Below, in pieces: positions 9,070-19,560 of a stretch of 64,000 bases of DNA. Numbering within the stretch: the first letter of the stretch is position 1; each line of letters begins with the position of its first letter. The notes under the pieces are model-generated. The model was given only the letters and a program-made list of their open reading frames with translations. It did no database searches and was not told where the DNA came from. The DNA is taken from the IMG/VR virus record IMGVR_UViG_3300007517_000005, positions 1 to 64,000 of that record. One strand, written 5' to 3'. The position numbers were made by a program, and so were the translations under genes. This DNA is from a virus.

Positions 9070-11063
9070 ATAGCTTTAACCTCTACATTCTGTAAGGTAG
9101 TAGGTAATGTTAACTCCTGCTCGGGTGTACTATTGCTAGGGCCGCCCATCTTACCTAGGTTACGTATCTGACTAATGGCCTCCCTTATAGAAGCATCTGA
9201 TACTGCATCCCCTTGCGGCTTGGTACCATCGACACCTCCCTTACCCGTAGTCACTATATACCTACTACCGTCTACCTTAATTACCGCACTATTGGAAGCA
9301 GATGTGGATGTACCTCCTACCTTATTATATTCAACTGACACACCATCTACAGTCCTATTACCATTGAAAGGGGTCTCTGACTTACCCAGTGACTCCCTGA
9401 TAACTATCTGCATAGGGCCCTTGTACTCTATCAAATTACCCATGGCCTTAGTCACATCATTGGTACTACTTCTATTACTCCCCTGGGCTGCCACATTAGG
9501 TGTGTTCAGGTAATTACTTAATGTTGTATTCTCATACCCACGTGCCTTTAACAAGTTACCTATAGCTGCATTTGGGGCGGTAGCGGTACCCTCTCCAGCC
9601 ATCGCCTTCACAAGGGCATTAGTTGCTGTATTATTACTATCCTTTAACATCATCCCCACTAATTGCTGCGGGGTGTATGACTTCCCTAGCATACCCTCTT
9701 CACCCTCCCCTATAGTATCCTTAGTCACTGTAATAGATGCTGGTAAGTCCTTAGATTGTGTCACTAGGTCGGCCACCTGTAACTTAATAGTAGAGGCCAT
9801 TGGTATCGGCTTATCACCACCCTCACTCCATGTATCCCCACCTACCTTACTAATGGTCATAGCATCGGGCGCCTTATCCCCTAGCTTCTCCATTAACTCA
9901 TCTACCTCTATAGCATTCCTGCTACTCTGTGGTGGTTTACCTGTAGTAGACTCCTTGGGTATTGACGTATTCATCTTCTTTTTATCCTTACCCTGATTAG
10001 GTGCCTTATCCTTACCAGGTGTAGTACTGAAAGGCTGTGTTACCTTCTTCTCAGTACTAGCTATACCTGCACTGAGGGCCGCAGATGATGAATTACATGC
10101 CGCACTAGCCTTCCTATAATCCTGTGCTAACTTATATAGTTCATCTAGGTGGTACTTCACACCCATGGGCTCACCCCAATCAAGGGATGTCCTATCTAAC
10201 TGTGATAAGTCTTTAGTGTACCCTACTGGTTTACCCGTATTCCAATTAGACATCACACCCTTATCATCTTTATCAGGGGCCGCTTGTAATGCCTCCTTCA
10301 ATGCCTCGTACCTACTTGCGTAATACTCTGCCTGTTGCGCTAGTGCAGTGCACTTGGTCTCATTCCCTGATAGCGCTAATAGTACTATCTGCCTATCCGC
10401 ATACACAGAGAAGGTATTCTTTGTGTAGTAGACTATATCCCCCCCTAGGGTTCGTATCTCTACAGACCCAGGCTGCGGCCTCTCCTTAGCCTTATCACTC
10501 AACTCCTGCTTATACTCGGAACGACCATACCCTGATATTAAGTTATCCATGGGCGTAATACGTACGTAGTCCTCGGGGCGGGCTACTACATAAGGGAAGC
10601 TAGGGCCTGGGTTACCTACCCTCTCCCCCTGGAACCCTTTATCTACATTGAAGGGCTTCGGTACTCTCCCCTTGAGCATGAAGTTATCATAATCCCCCGA
10701 TAACCTCACACACCCTATAATATACCCCTGATCGAATACACCATCCTTACATAGGACTAGTACTGGTGTACCATCCATTAATGGTTCACGTACACCTGAG
10801 TAATCTAAGCCTGCATTCGGTAGTACCTGGGAACAGTTATGGATTACTACCTCTCCGCCCCCCTCATCGTGCATATCCGTTAAGGATACATTGTATGTGG
10901 AGGTTATATGGTGTGACTCCATGTGTGGGTACCCTATTACCTTCCCCATTAAGAGGCGGGTATAACCACCCCCTACTACTCCCTGCCCATGCCCATACTC
11001 CTGTAACCCATTCATGTTAGGGGGTAGTTCACCGAAGTAGTCCGCTACATTAGCCATATACAT
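9066..11063 (-). CDS. Baseplate spike/gp5-like protein with C-terminal serine beta-lactamase/PBP-fold domain
   Basis: N-terminal OB-fold-like GTPVLVLC..G..DQGYIIG; C-terminal ASTIK (SxxK), SNN (SxN), KVG (KTG-like). Confidence 0.7.
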   Translation of the reverse strand: MYMANVADYFGELPPNMNGLQEYGHGQGVVGGGYTRLLMGKVIGYPHMESHHITSTYNVSLTDMHDEGGGEVVIHNCSQVLPNAGLDYSGVREPLMDGTPVLVLCKDGVFDQGYIIGCVRLSGDYDNFMLKGRVPKPFNVDKGFQGERVGNPGPSFPYVVARPEDYVRITPMDNLISGYGRSEYKQELSDKAKERPQPGSVEIRTLGGDIVYYTKNTFSVYADRQIVLLALSGNETKCTALAQQAEYYASRYEALKEALQAAPDKDDKGVMSNWNTGKPVGYTKDLSQLDRTSLDWGEPMGVKYHLDELYKLAQDYRKASAACNSSSAALSAGIASTEKKVTQPFSTTPGKDKAPNQGKDKKKMNTSIPKESTTGKPPQSSRNAIEVDELMEKLGDKAPDAMTISKVGGDTWSEGGDKPIPMASTIKLQVADLVTQSKDLPASITVTKDTIGEGEEGMLGKSYTPQQLVGMMLKDSNNTATNALVKAMAGEGTATAPNAAIGNLLKARGYENTTLSNYLNTPNVAAQGSNRSSTNDVTKAMGNLIEYKGPMQIVIRESLGKSETPFNGNRTVDGVSVEYNKVGGTSTSASNSAVIKVDGSRYIVTTGKGGVDGTKPQGDAVSDASIREAISQIRNLGKMGGPSNSTPEQELTLPTTLQNVEVKAI

Positions 11064-11079
11064 TTACTCCCTATAGTTA

Positions 11080-12948
11080 TTAGTAATCAGCTACCGCCCT
11101 TATGCGCGTGGTGAACCCTTCATCACCACCTTGCGTAGATAATATATGTTGTACTAATCGTACCTTATATACAGGTAATACCCACGCAGATGGGTCACTA
11201 CCCTTATTAGTTGTAGGGCCTCTACCTGCGTCTACCTTCACTAGATCCTGTACCTTAAAGGGCTTCTTACCCTTATTGAACTCCATGTCCTCACCATAGG
11301 ACTGTGCTTTTAGTTGCTCCTTCTCTAACTCCTTCAATGACTTAGGGGAGCCGTCCATTATAGATGTACCTTCATCATGTAATACAGTACCCCATACCTT
11401 GATAGCCTCTGATGGGTACAGTGTGGGGTCACCTAGTACTGTTATCTCCACACCTTCTATATCCCTACCCCATAACCTAGCCGCTGATAGGGCCGTCACT
11501 ATTGCACCACCCACAGGGTTACCGTATGTAGATAAGGCCGCATCCTCTATTATCTGTGTGCGGCACGGGGGTGATATCTTCCTCCCCTCAGACCCGAAGC
11601 TAGAGAACTCCATCGTCAATTGTACAGAGTCTAGGAATGATCTATTACCGCCATTAGCCTCTGGATTAATGACCACTAACCTATTGAAGGTGGCTACTGA
11701 ACTACTAGATGAGCGTAGTGATAGTATCATCTGATTGGGTAATGGCTTCTCTATACAGTCCGGTACCGTGCGGAAGAAGTAAGTCCTATACATCCTATGC
11801 TCATCATCAAACCCACTAGTATCCAGTACCCTGGGCCCGAATACATAATCACCATTGATGTGTGAGGCGTAGAAGTCAGTCACTCTCTCCTCATGCGATG
11901 CGAGGTACTGTAGTACTTCTAGTGGGGATCTCTTATATACCTGGAATGTGGCAGCCATGTGTGACTTCTGCAACGGTGGTCTCTGCACCCACACATTCAA
12001 TCTGGGGCTAGCATCGGGTCTCATTATTGAGTGCGTACACTTCCTCAACCATAGCGCTGGATCCTCTTCAGGGGATATATCAGGCCCATCATCTGCATTC
12101 TTATTCTTCCACTCAGGTGCCCTCTTCGTCACATCCCCCGCCCCTACATATGCTGTATATAATAACCCCCCATCTTCTTCCTTACCATTAGCCTTCCTCC
12201 CATCCGTATATGCACCATATACCTTCTTCCAGCAACTAGATGCACCCTTATCATCACCCCCTGTCACGTATAATTGACTCGTGGTGGCACGGTATATGTC
12301 ATATATAATCTCATCCCTCCTACCAGTGGCACCACCTTTACTCCTTGTGTCCTGCTTGGAACCTATTAGTGATGGTATCGATAGTATCTTCGTATCCGCT
12401 AATACCCTCATCCTATCCCTACATTGCAGTATTAATTGCACCCCACCCTCGGCAGTACCTACACAATGTATCGTATCTATGAACCCCCAGAATATAGGGC
12501 AGAGAGGCTTATCAGGGTCGTGCTTCCATCCAGGGCTATCCTTACCAGGTATGAGATCCATCGCCCTCTCATCTAACATCTCAACGCATAGGGGCGTACT
12601 GTGTGAATCAATGTACCCAGCGTAGATGCGTATCTCATCATCCTTTGATAGGTATGGATAATTACCACCCCTATACTTCTTCAGGTTAGGTAGGGGCGGC
12701 AATGTATCTGTACGTGAGGGTATTGATGTAGTCAATGTTATCTGCGCCTGCGATATGTTCCAGTCCCTAACTGTAGTCACTCTCAGACCACGTATTACCC
12801 ACTTCAAGGGCACATCCTCACGTACTGTCTTATTGGTATCACTATACCCATATTGCGTAGTGAATAACACCGGCTGTATATTATTAGCCATAGTTGCAGC
12901 CGTTATCATGGCCGCTGGCACAGGCTGTTGAGTACTGAATGTCTTCAT
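11080..12948 (-). CDS. Baseplate hub (gp27/gpD-like)
   Basis: IFWGFID, QCRDRMRVL, ITVLGDPTL and YKVRLVQHILS..GFTT pattern; position. Confidence 0.7.
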   Translation of the reverse strand: MKTFSTQQPVPAAMITAATMANNIQPVLFTTQYGYSDTNKTVREDVPLKWVIRGLRVTTVRDWNISQAQITLTTSIPSRTDTLPPLPNLKKYRGGNYPYLSKDDEIRIYAGYIDSHSTPLCVEMLDERAMDLIPGKDSPGWKHDPDKPLCPIFWGFIDTIHCVGTAEGGVQLILQCRDRMRVLADTKILSIPSLIGSKQDTRSKGGATGRRDEIIYDIYRATTSQLYVTGGDDKGASSCWKKVYGAYTDGRKANGKEEDGGLLYTAYVGAGDVTKRAPEWKNKNADDGPDISPEEDPALWLRKCTHSIMRPDASPRLNVWVQRPPLQKSHMAATFQVYKRSPLEVLQYLASHEERVTDFYASHINGDYVFGPRVLDTSGFDDEHRMYRTYFFRTVPDCIEKPLPNQMILSLRSSSSSVATFNRLVVINPEANGGNRSFLDSVQLTMEFSSFGSEGRKISPPCRTQIIEDAALSTYGNPVGGAIVTALSAARLWGRDIEGVEITVLGDPTLYPSEAIKVWGTVLHDEGTSIMDGSPKSLKELEKEQLKAQSYGEDMEFNKGKKPFKVQDLVKVDAGRGPTTNKGSDPSAWVLPVYKVRLVQHILSTQGGDEGFTTRIRAVADY

Positions 12949-12970
12949 TTAATCACTATAGGAGTACAAC

Positions 12971-13468
12971 ATGAGAGTCATTACTGGTAACTTACTAGAT
13001 ATAACAGAAGGTACAATAGCACACCAGACTAATTGTATAGGCTTAGCCGGGCCCGTACTCGCTAGATCTATTGCTATTAAGTACCCGGAGTGGGAGGCAG
13101 TATATAAAGCTGTATGTCGTCGCTATACAGTAGATAAACTTATAGGGCAATTACATCTATACCATGCGGCACCTCCCCAAGGGTCGTGGCCCACGGCACT
13201 CCTTGGCAGTCGCAGCCATGCGGCACCTACACTAACCATAGCATCACTGTTCGCACAGAAGGTACCAGGCAGGGGTTTGATGACCGACTATAAAGCACTA
13301 GATTATGCCCTCACCCAACTCAATATGAAATCCTCCCCCACTAATCCCATATACCTACCATATGGGGTAGGGTGTGGGAATGCGGGAGGGGATTGGGGTA
13401 CGGTACAGCAACTCATAGAAGTTAACTGCCCCGATGCTATACTAGTTAAATTACCGTCTAGTACTTGA
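12971..13468 (+). CDS. Macrodomain (ADP-ribose processing; TARG1/DarG-like class)
   Basis: GNLL..IAHQTNC.G, IYLPYGVGCGNAGGDW; carries an 18-aa double micro-element insertion. Confidence 0.85.
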   Translation: MRVITGNLLDITEGTIAHQTNCIGLAGPVLARSIAIKYPEWEAVYKAVCRRYTVDKLIGQLHLYHAAPPQGSWPTALLGSRSHAAPTLTIASLFAQKVPGRGLMTDYKALDYALTQLNMKSSPTNPIYLPYGVGCGNAGGDWGTVQQLIEVNCPDAILVKLPSST

Positions 13469-13534
13469 TGAAAGAAGAGTGCCGTAGGCCACGACCCCTA
13501 GGGAGTGCTGTATGGCTACAACCCTTCTTGAGTA

Positions 13535-14344
13535 CTATAGAAGTACATTGGTAGAGCGTTGTACTTGACCTGTACCACCATTAGTTACGAAACCACCACC
13601 AGTAGCGCCGTACTCTTCAAAGCGTCTAGTCTTAAAGTCTTGAATGGTCACATCACGGTAGCCTATACCTTCGGCCACACCTTCCCAGCGGTATGCGACA
13701 ACCCTTCTACCAGGCATGGCGCCCATAGACCAGTTATCCACCTTCGCACGGAAGATGGTCATCATACCTTTAGACTTAGGCCCAAAGTCCCCTGCACGTT
13801 GCGCGTACTGGTTCTTACCGAAGTTTGTGAACTCATCAGACCCATACCTGTAGAAGCTCTGCGACCCTACATTCTTAGCAGTCTGTTTAGCTAGATCTGG
13901 GGACCATGATGGGTCAGTCTGGTGGTTCCTATCAAACGTACCATCTCCTGTCTGCTTATTGGCGTACGTTAACTCAGGGGCATTGACATCATAACTGATC
14001 TGGAACCTAGGGCCCCTTGTTATGAACGAATCACGACGTAGCATGGCCACCCCGAAGGTACGCTCAATGACATTCCAGTCAACAGCTCCCTGTTCTAGTA
14101 CCCACGCTATCTGAATCTCTCCATCTAAGTGGATGGGGATACGTTGTCCTAACTCTAGATATGTCTCTGTAGCATTACGTACTGATACCGTCAATGATTG
14201 GAACTTACCGAACCATGCGACTAATCCCGTACATACATCCTGTACCCATAACTCTACATCGAAACCCTGTAGGGGGTCATAGCCTGTGTTATTGACTGGG
14301 CTACAGTACAGACTATTCTGTAAGTTATACGCGCTATCTGGCAT
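13535..14344 (-). CDS. Tail tube protein (putative)
   Basis: Directly downstream of sheath; beta-rich 269 aa. Confidence 0.65.
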   Translation of the reverse strand: MPDSAYNLQNSLYCSPVNNTGYDPLQGFDVELWVQDVCTGLVAWFGKFQSLTVSVRNATETYLELGQRIPIHLDGEIQIAWVLEQGAVDWNVIERTFGVAMLRRDSFITRGPRFQISYDVNAPELTYANKQTGDGTFDRNHQTDPSWSPDLAKQTAKNVGSQSFYRYGSDEFTNFGKNQYAQRAGDFGPKSKGMMTIFRAKVDNWSMGAMPGRRVVAYRWEGVAEGIGYRDVTIQDFKTRRFEEYGATGGGFVTNGGTGQVQRSTNVLL

Positions 14345-14466
14345 ACATTATACTCTCCTTATAATAATCCCTTACCCATGCTGGAGCATAAGTAAGGGCG
14401 GTATGTGTACTATTCAGTACATCAGAGATGCTGGACATCTCTGATGCAGTACGTTGTAGCCTATAA

Positions 14467-17289
14467 CTAAGAGGTAGGGCGCACTATCTGAAAGTTATCC
14501 ACCATGTACACGTCAATGTAATCGGCAGCACCAATAGGTAATACAGATATACGTATCTCTATCTGGAAGGGGCCAGGTGACATTACCTGTGGGGCGCTAT
14601 AGTTCTGGATGACACCCAACCTATTAAGGTCAGAGAAGTACGCCTCTAAAGCAGTAGATATCTGCCTCACTAACTTAGAGGTCAGGGGCTCACTCTTATA
14701 CCCCTGTAGCATCTGCCATACATCCATACGTACTGAGTCATATGTCCTCCGCTTCACTACTATATCCCCATCTAACGTCTGCCCCGTTAGGAAGAAGTAT
14801 GTATTAAAGCTCTTATCCATGTGTATGACCTCTAACTGTGCATCAGCTAATGGCTGTAACTGTTGCTTAGTAGATATGGGGCGGGTATCTACCTCAGTTA
14901 CACCTATGACGGGGCCACTGCTAGTACGTGCATGTGGTCCTACATAGAATGGGATAAGGGATAACTTACCTGCATAGAATGCGTCAGGTGAGGCGGAGAA
15001 CCTAGGAGCATTAGGTTGCCCTGCATAGGTACACCATCCAGCTACCATTACCCCACGCTTTGATCTATAGCCTTCCGTTACCGCTCGTGCAGCCTCTGGG
15101 CGCACCCTCGGTGGTGCATTCAAGATAGCAATACGTAACCCCTCATACTCAGTTGCTCTCTCTGCCTGCGCTAATAGAGCCATCTTAATGGCATCACTAT
15201 CCCAGATGCCAGGTGTCAGTGTAATGTGCACAGGCTCACCATCCGCTAAGGATATGGCGCGCGTGTAATCTTCTTCCTCTGGTATAGGGCCATCGTAGCC
15301 ATCTTCTAACGATACATTCTGTAAGTATTCAGGGCCCGCTGCTGTTGGGTTCCTGGGATCTTGTGTGCCAGAGTACCTCTCATCAGGTGGCGCTAACCTC
15401 ATAGGGGAACGGTACAAGAGGTTCACGTTGTAGCTATCAGGGTTGAATAGCTTAGGTAAGAATAACCCAGCCACGTGATTAGACCCTACTAGATCCAATA
15501 GATTACCACTAGCATCACTATTTATTAGTGATACATTGAATACCTCGTCCCTAAGAGGGGGGTTGTAGTTATCTTTATTGAGGTCACGCACTGTCACCCT
15601 AAACTTAGTTGTAGTAATTGGGTACACAGTTACACGGAGAGAATTACCCCACGCACCCTCAGACGTAGCATATAGCCTGAATAATGGTGTGCCTGATAGA
15701 TCGTAGAAGTCTCTGTACGCACGTCTAGGCCCATCATAACCACCTGTCATGTACGTCATGTTGTACCAAGTATTATTGGTGAATGACATACCCAATTGAT
15801 TAGCGAACCTAAATATACCTAGGGAATCAAATGTACTAGAGATAGGCTTATCTAACCATACCTCCGCCAGGTTACCCCATAAGGGTACCTCTACCTTCAC
15901 TACCTTTGTACCCGGTTGCAAGAATGTGGGGCTGGGCTCAGGGCCCGATGGATCTTGTGGGTTGGAGAAGTGTAACTGCCCATAGAGGCCACCGCCTTCT
16001 ATCTTCTCGACCCTAGACCCTATCTTAATGTATGTGGCATACTCTACAGGTACGTGGATATACTTCTCCCCTGCGTAGAAGGCTGCCTCCACTATCACCT
16101 CACCATCTGGGTCTACTGCCTCCATCCAGTACCCGAACCTATTACCTAGTGCTCCTTCTAACTCCTCATCCAGGTAGAACATGAAGCCATCATCAGTCTC
16201 TAATCTCTCTACCCTATTCAAGGGATTCTTACCTTGGAGGGCGGCCTCCATATAAGTCACTACTTGGTTGGGGGCTACTCCCTCGGGGACATCTATCTCA
16301 AAGCGTGAGGCATTCAATCTCACAGACCACGCATCACCCACCTCTAAGTTGATCTTCTGATTGGGGCCCAGTGCACCGAAGGTAATGAATACCCCTGCGT
16401 GTACACCAATGGGGCGACCCGCATCAGTGAAGATATTCACAATGAACTCTTCCTGCGCCGGTAACCTATACCATAAGTTAGTATCAATATACTCACCTAG
16501 AGGGTTCATGATCACCCCTAACTGATCAGATGCAGCACCAGATTGGAAGTAATTATACTGCCCCGGGGGTAGGTACCCTAGCGGATTGACATCTGGTAAT
16601 GGGTAAATAGGTACTGGTAATAGACGCGGGCAGATGCGTATCTTACCCGGTACTGCAGGGCCTGGGTAAGGGTCTAACTCTACCCCAGGAGTGGTTGTAT
16701 CTGGTACTGATAGATCATCGGGCACTACATCATACCCATCGGGTATAGTACCATTATCCTCAATCTCATAGCACTCTCCGTGCATCCAATTGATCTCATT
16801 GTAGACACCCTCGGGTACGAATAAGAACTTCACACGCGCGAACCCATCCTCATCTACATTCATTACACGGAACCATAGCCTACCTGAGCAATCACATGTA
16901 GGTACCCCTGAGAATGTAATAGCAGCCTGGCACTGTCTATCAGTTCTATTAACGAATACGCCTGTGTACCGTAAGTGGAGGATTAACTTATTGGGCTTGC
17001 TAGTGATACCATTGAAACGTATCTGCCCCCTCGCAGACTTACCATTACCTAATACCCGTATAAGAGCGAACTCTGATGCACCCTGGTTATAGGCTATTTG
17101 ATACGCCATACTACCGCGCTTGGTATTACTACCGTACGTGGTCGCGAAGTCATCAAACCCACCTATGTAGCGCAATGTGCGTGGCCCCCTGGAGAACTCA
17201 CCCACGATGAGGATGCGGTTCCTTACATTCTGCCCTATGGGTGTGAATGATTGGGTTATCTCTGTGATCTTGATCCGTGGTACTAACAT
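14467..17289 (-). CDS. Contractile tail sheath protein
   Basis: IVGEFSRGP...FATTYG, ATSEGAWGNSLRV, L.GGxDG, and C-terminal IRISVLPIGAADYI. Confidence 0.9.
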   Translation of the reverse strand: MLVPRIKITEITQSFTPIGQNVRNRILIVGEFSRGPRTLRYIGGFDDFATTYGSNTKRGSMAYQIAYNQGASEFALIRVLGNGKSARGQIRFNGITSKPNKLILHLRYTGVFVNRTDRQCQAAITFSGVPTCDCSGRLWFRVMNVDEDGFARVKFLFVPEGVYNEINWMHGECYEIEDNGTIPDGYDVVPDDLSVPDTTTPGVELDPYPGPAVPGKIRICPRLLPVPIYPLPDVNPLGYLPPGQYNYFQSGAASDQLGVIMNPLGEYIDTNLWYRLPAQEEFIVNIFTDAGRPIGVHAGVFITFGALGPNQKINLEVGDAWSVRLNASRFEIDVPEGVAPNQVVTYMEAALQGKNPLNRVERLETDDGFMFYLDEELEGALGNRFGYWMEAVDPDGEVIVEAAFYAGEKYIHVPVEYATYIKIGSRVEKIEGGGLYGQLHFSNPQDPSGPEPSPTFLQPGTKVVKVEVPLWGNLAEVWLDKPISSTFDSLGIFRFANQLGMSFTNNTWYNMTYMTGGYDGPRRAYRDFYDLSGTPLFRLYATSEGAWGNSLRVTVYPITTTKFRVTVRDLNKDNYNPPLRDEVFNVSLINSDASGNLLDLVGSNHVAGLFLPKLFNPDSYNVNLLYRSPMRLAPPDERYSGTQDPRNPTAAGPEYLQNVSLEDGYDGPIPEEEDYTRAISLADGEPVHITLTPGIWDSDAIKMALLAQAERATEYEGLRIAILNAPPRVRPEAARAVTEGYRSKRGVMVAGWCTYAGQPNAPRFSASPDAFYAGKLSLIPFYVGPHARTSSGPVIGVTEVDTRPISTKQQLQPLADAQLEVIHMDKSFNTYFFLTGQTLDGDIVVKRRTYDSVRMDVWQMLQGYKSEPLTSKLVRQISTALEAYFSDLNRLGVIQNYSAPQVMSPGPFQIEIRISVLPIGAADYIDVYMVDNFQIVRPTS

Positions 17290-17305
17290 CTACGATCCCT
17301 TACCC

Positions 17306-18061
17306 TTAGTTATCTTCTAACCATACCTTTATGGAGGAGGGCATACAGTTCCATCTATCCCTCCACCCTCTCGACACGTACGTAGTTATCTGTACTAACA
17401 TCTCTGACTCTTGGTACAGCATGTTAGTCTCCGCCTCCCATGGTTTATCCTTATGGTTCTCGTACATGACCTCTATATTGAATTCAGGCCCTGATACTGA
17501 ACCCTTTGCTATCGGGTCTAGTAAGGCTAATCGTATGAGGCCCATGTAATGACCTAGGAGATCCATAGAAGGGTTTGTCCATAACTCTACCTCACGGACT
17601 GCATCACTAGTGTGCAGCCATTCATTAGGGTGTAACGCTGCTTCCACGGGAACAGTCAGTAACTCCCTATTACTACTCTCATTGCCTAATACTAATTGCT
17701 TGTAATGTAACTTTATTGCCACTGAGTACGTCACTTCATCTGTATCTTCCCTACCCACACCATCCGGGACGTAGTACACACTGATAGATTGTGAGTCGGG
17801 TCTAGGCAATGCTTCTCTCTCATTGAGGTTCGCATGGCAGTATACTGAACACGTCAACCCCTCTCTCAACTCTATCCCGTTGTACATCCTCCACCTCGCT
17901 ATCTTCTCTAACCCACCGGGAGGACTAATTAGTAATGGGTGTCTCACTAGTAGTAAGAATATGTACCACTTGATGTACGTCATTGATGGGGCGGGGGGCC
18001 CTACATATCTGCCACCTGATGGCATACTGGGGTACTCAATACTACCAACCACATCTACCAC
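17306..18061 (-). CDS. Neck/tail completion protein (putative)
   Basis: Position between head and sheath genes. Confidence 0.5.
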   Translation of the reverse strand: MVDVVGSIEYPSMPSGGRYVGPPAPSMTYIKWYIFLLLVRHPLLISPPGGLEKIARWRMYNGIELREGLTCSVYCHANLNEREALPRPDSQSISVYYVPDGVGREDTDEVTYSVAIKLHYKQLVLGNESSNRELLTVPVEAALHPNEWLHTSDAVREVELWTNPSMDLLGHYMGLIRLALLDPIAKGSVSGPEFNIEVMYENHKDKPWEAETNMLYQESEMLVQITTYVSRGWRDRWNCMPSSIKVWLEDN

Positions 18062-19553
18062 CCCTTAACCTATTCAATCTATCTAATTGGTCATACACTG
18101 CCTGCATGCGAGGTGATGTCTGGAACTTCACACTGGCCGCTGCGTACACCCCCGTGGCCTCTTCCGCTAAGGTAGGCCTCCTTATTGACATATTACTGTT
18201 AGGGTTTATCGTCAGTGCTATAGGCCCATTCACATATGGGTATAGGGAGGCTAGTGATGTACCTACTGAACCAGTCACTCCCTGTGGTAATGAGGTAATC
18301 CCCACACCCACATTAGTACTCCCATTAGGTATTACCTGTATAGCATCCGGCCTTACTTGCGCTATCAGTGCATTACTACCTACTACACCTCTCAATGATT
18401 CAGCTACCTGCATACTAGTACTCCCACTCTCAGAGGATATCAGCACCTCACCAGTAACTGCCTGACCATTAATTGATACTGAGTACTCTATTAAACCATC
18501 AGCATCACCTTCTAAGTACAAGGTATCTACCACATCCTTCTTATCTGGTGCCTTGGCTATCACACCCTTCTCTACTTCCAATAATAGACTGTGGGGGCCA
18601 CTGGGATGTAACTCTTTATAATTACCTACTACCCCATATAGTAAGGAGGGGATACTAGTCTCTAGTACATGACCCCTCCAATTACTTATGGGTGCAGTAT
18701 CGGGTATTAAGTAGAAGTTGAGTATTGCTAGCTCCCTTGTTATTAGTGGGTCTAACCTACGTGGGGCTAATGTTACATAATCTAATCTAACTAAGGCACC
18801 ACCTGGTACACACTCTGGACTAGCTATAACATACCCCCCTCTATTAGGGGATGATAATATATTACCTCCTCCTTTTATTGATAGATTGTTTATAGCCTCA
18901 GATAGCACTAATACTAGTTCAGGTATTGTGTCAGGTACTTCCACAGCTACCTCTAAGGGTACTGGCTGGTACGTTGTCAGTGTATATACAGCCACGCCCC
19001 TGGTATCATTGGGTATGAATATATCATCACTAGATCTCCCATCTACTACTAATCCCGAGAAGTAGAATGTAGGGGTTGAAGGTATAGGTGTACTAGCCCC
19101 CTCAACTAGTAATGTATTTATGTGGTGTAATACTAATCCCCTCAATCTATCTAAATCCTCAATGGCCTGCTTCTCCATATGATCCCCTAGGGGGAGTAAT
19201 TGGATACTAGAGTTTAAGGGGGTGGACTTAATGAAGTAAGAGGCAGTAAGGGCAGCCGCTACACGGTGTATGTCATCCACGTATGGTTGACTTATAGCTA
19301 ACCTCTCCACCTCTTTGTACAACACCTCATACGTTATAGAGCCTGCAGGTATGATGCTATTACTATCCTTATCTACAGTCGTAGCTAGTATTAAAGCTAT
19401 GCGAGGGTAAGCTTGTGTTAGCGCCGCTCTCCTTATTACTTCATCTGTCAAGGATACATCCTTCAAGATGGTACAGGATAACCGCACTGCCTGCACAAAT
19501 GTCTGCCCTTGCACTACCTTCAATACTTCTGGGTGACTGGATAGGGACATCAT
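18042..19553 (-). CDS. Head-tail adaptor-like structural protein (putative)
   Basis: 503-aa ORF with helical N-terminus; position. Confidence 0.45.
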   Translation of the reverse strand: MMSLSSHPEVLKVVQGQTFVQAVRLSCTILKDVSLTDEVIRRAALTQAYPRIALILATTVDKDSNSIIPAGSITYEVLYKEVERLAISQPYVDDIHRVAAALTASYFIKSTPLNSSIQLLPLGDHMEKQAIEDLDRLRGLVLHHINTLLVEGASTPIPSTPTFYFSGLVVDGRSSDDIFIPNDTRGVAVYTLTTYQPVPLEVAVEVPDTIPELVLVLSEAINNLSIKGGGNILSSPNRGGYVIASPECVPGGALVRLDYVTLAPRRLDPLITRELAILNFYLIPDTAPISNWRGHVLETSIPSLLYGVVGNYKELHPSGPHSLLLEVEKGVIAKAPDKKDVVDTLYLEGDADGLIEYSVSINGQAVTGEVLISSESGSTSMQVAESLRGVVGSNALIAQVRPDAIQVIPNGSTNVGVGITSLPQGVTGSVGTSLASLYPYVNGPIALTINPNSNMSIRRPTLAEEATGVYAAASVKFQTSPRMQAVYDQLDRLNRLRGGRCGW

Positions 19554-19560
19554 ACTCTCC

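Noticed and set aside
9180-9860. Antibiotic resistance gene
   Set aside because: The beta-lactamase fold is fused to a virion protein and the class A omega-loop Glu is not evident; a cell-wall role is more plausible
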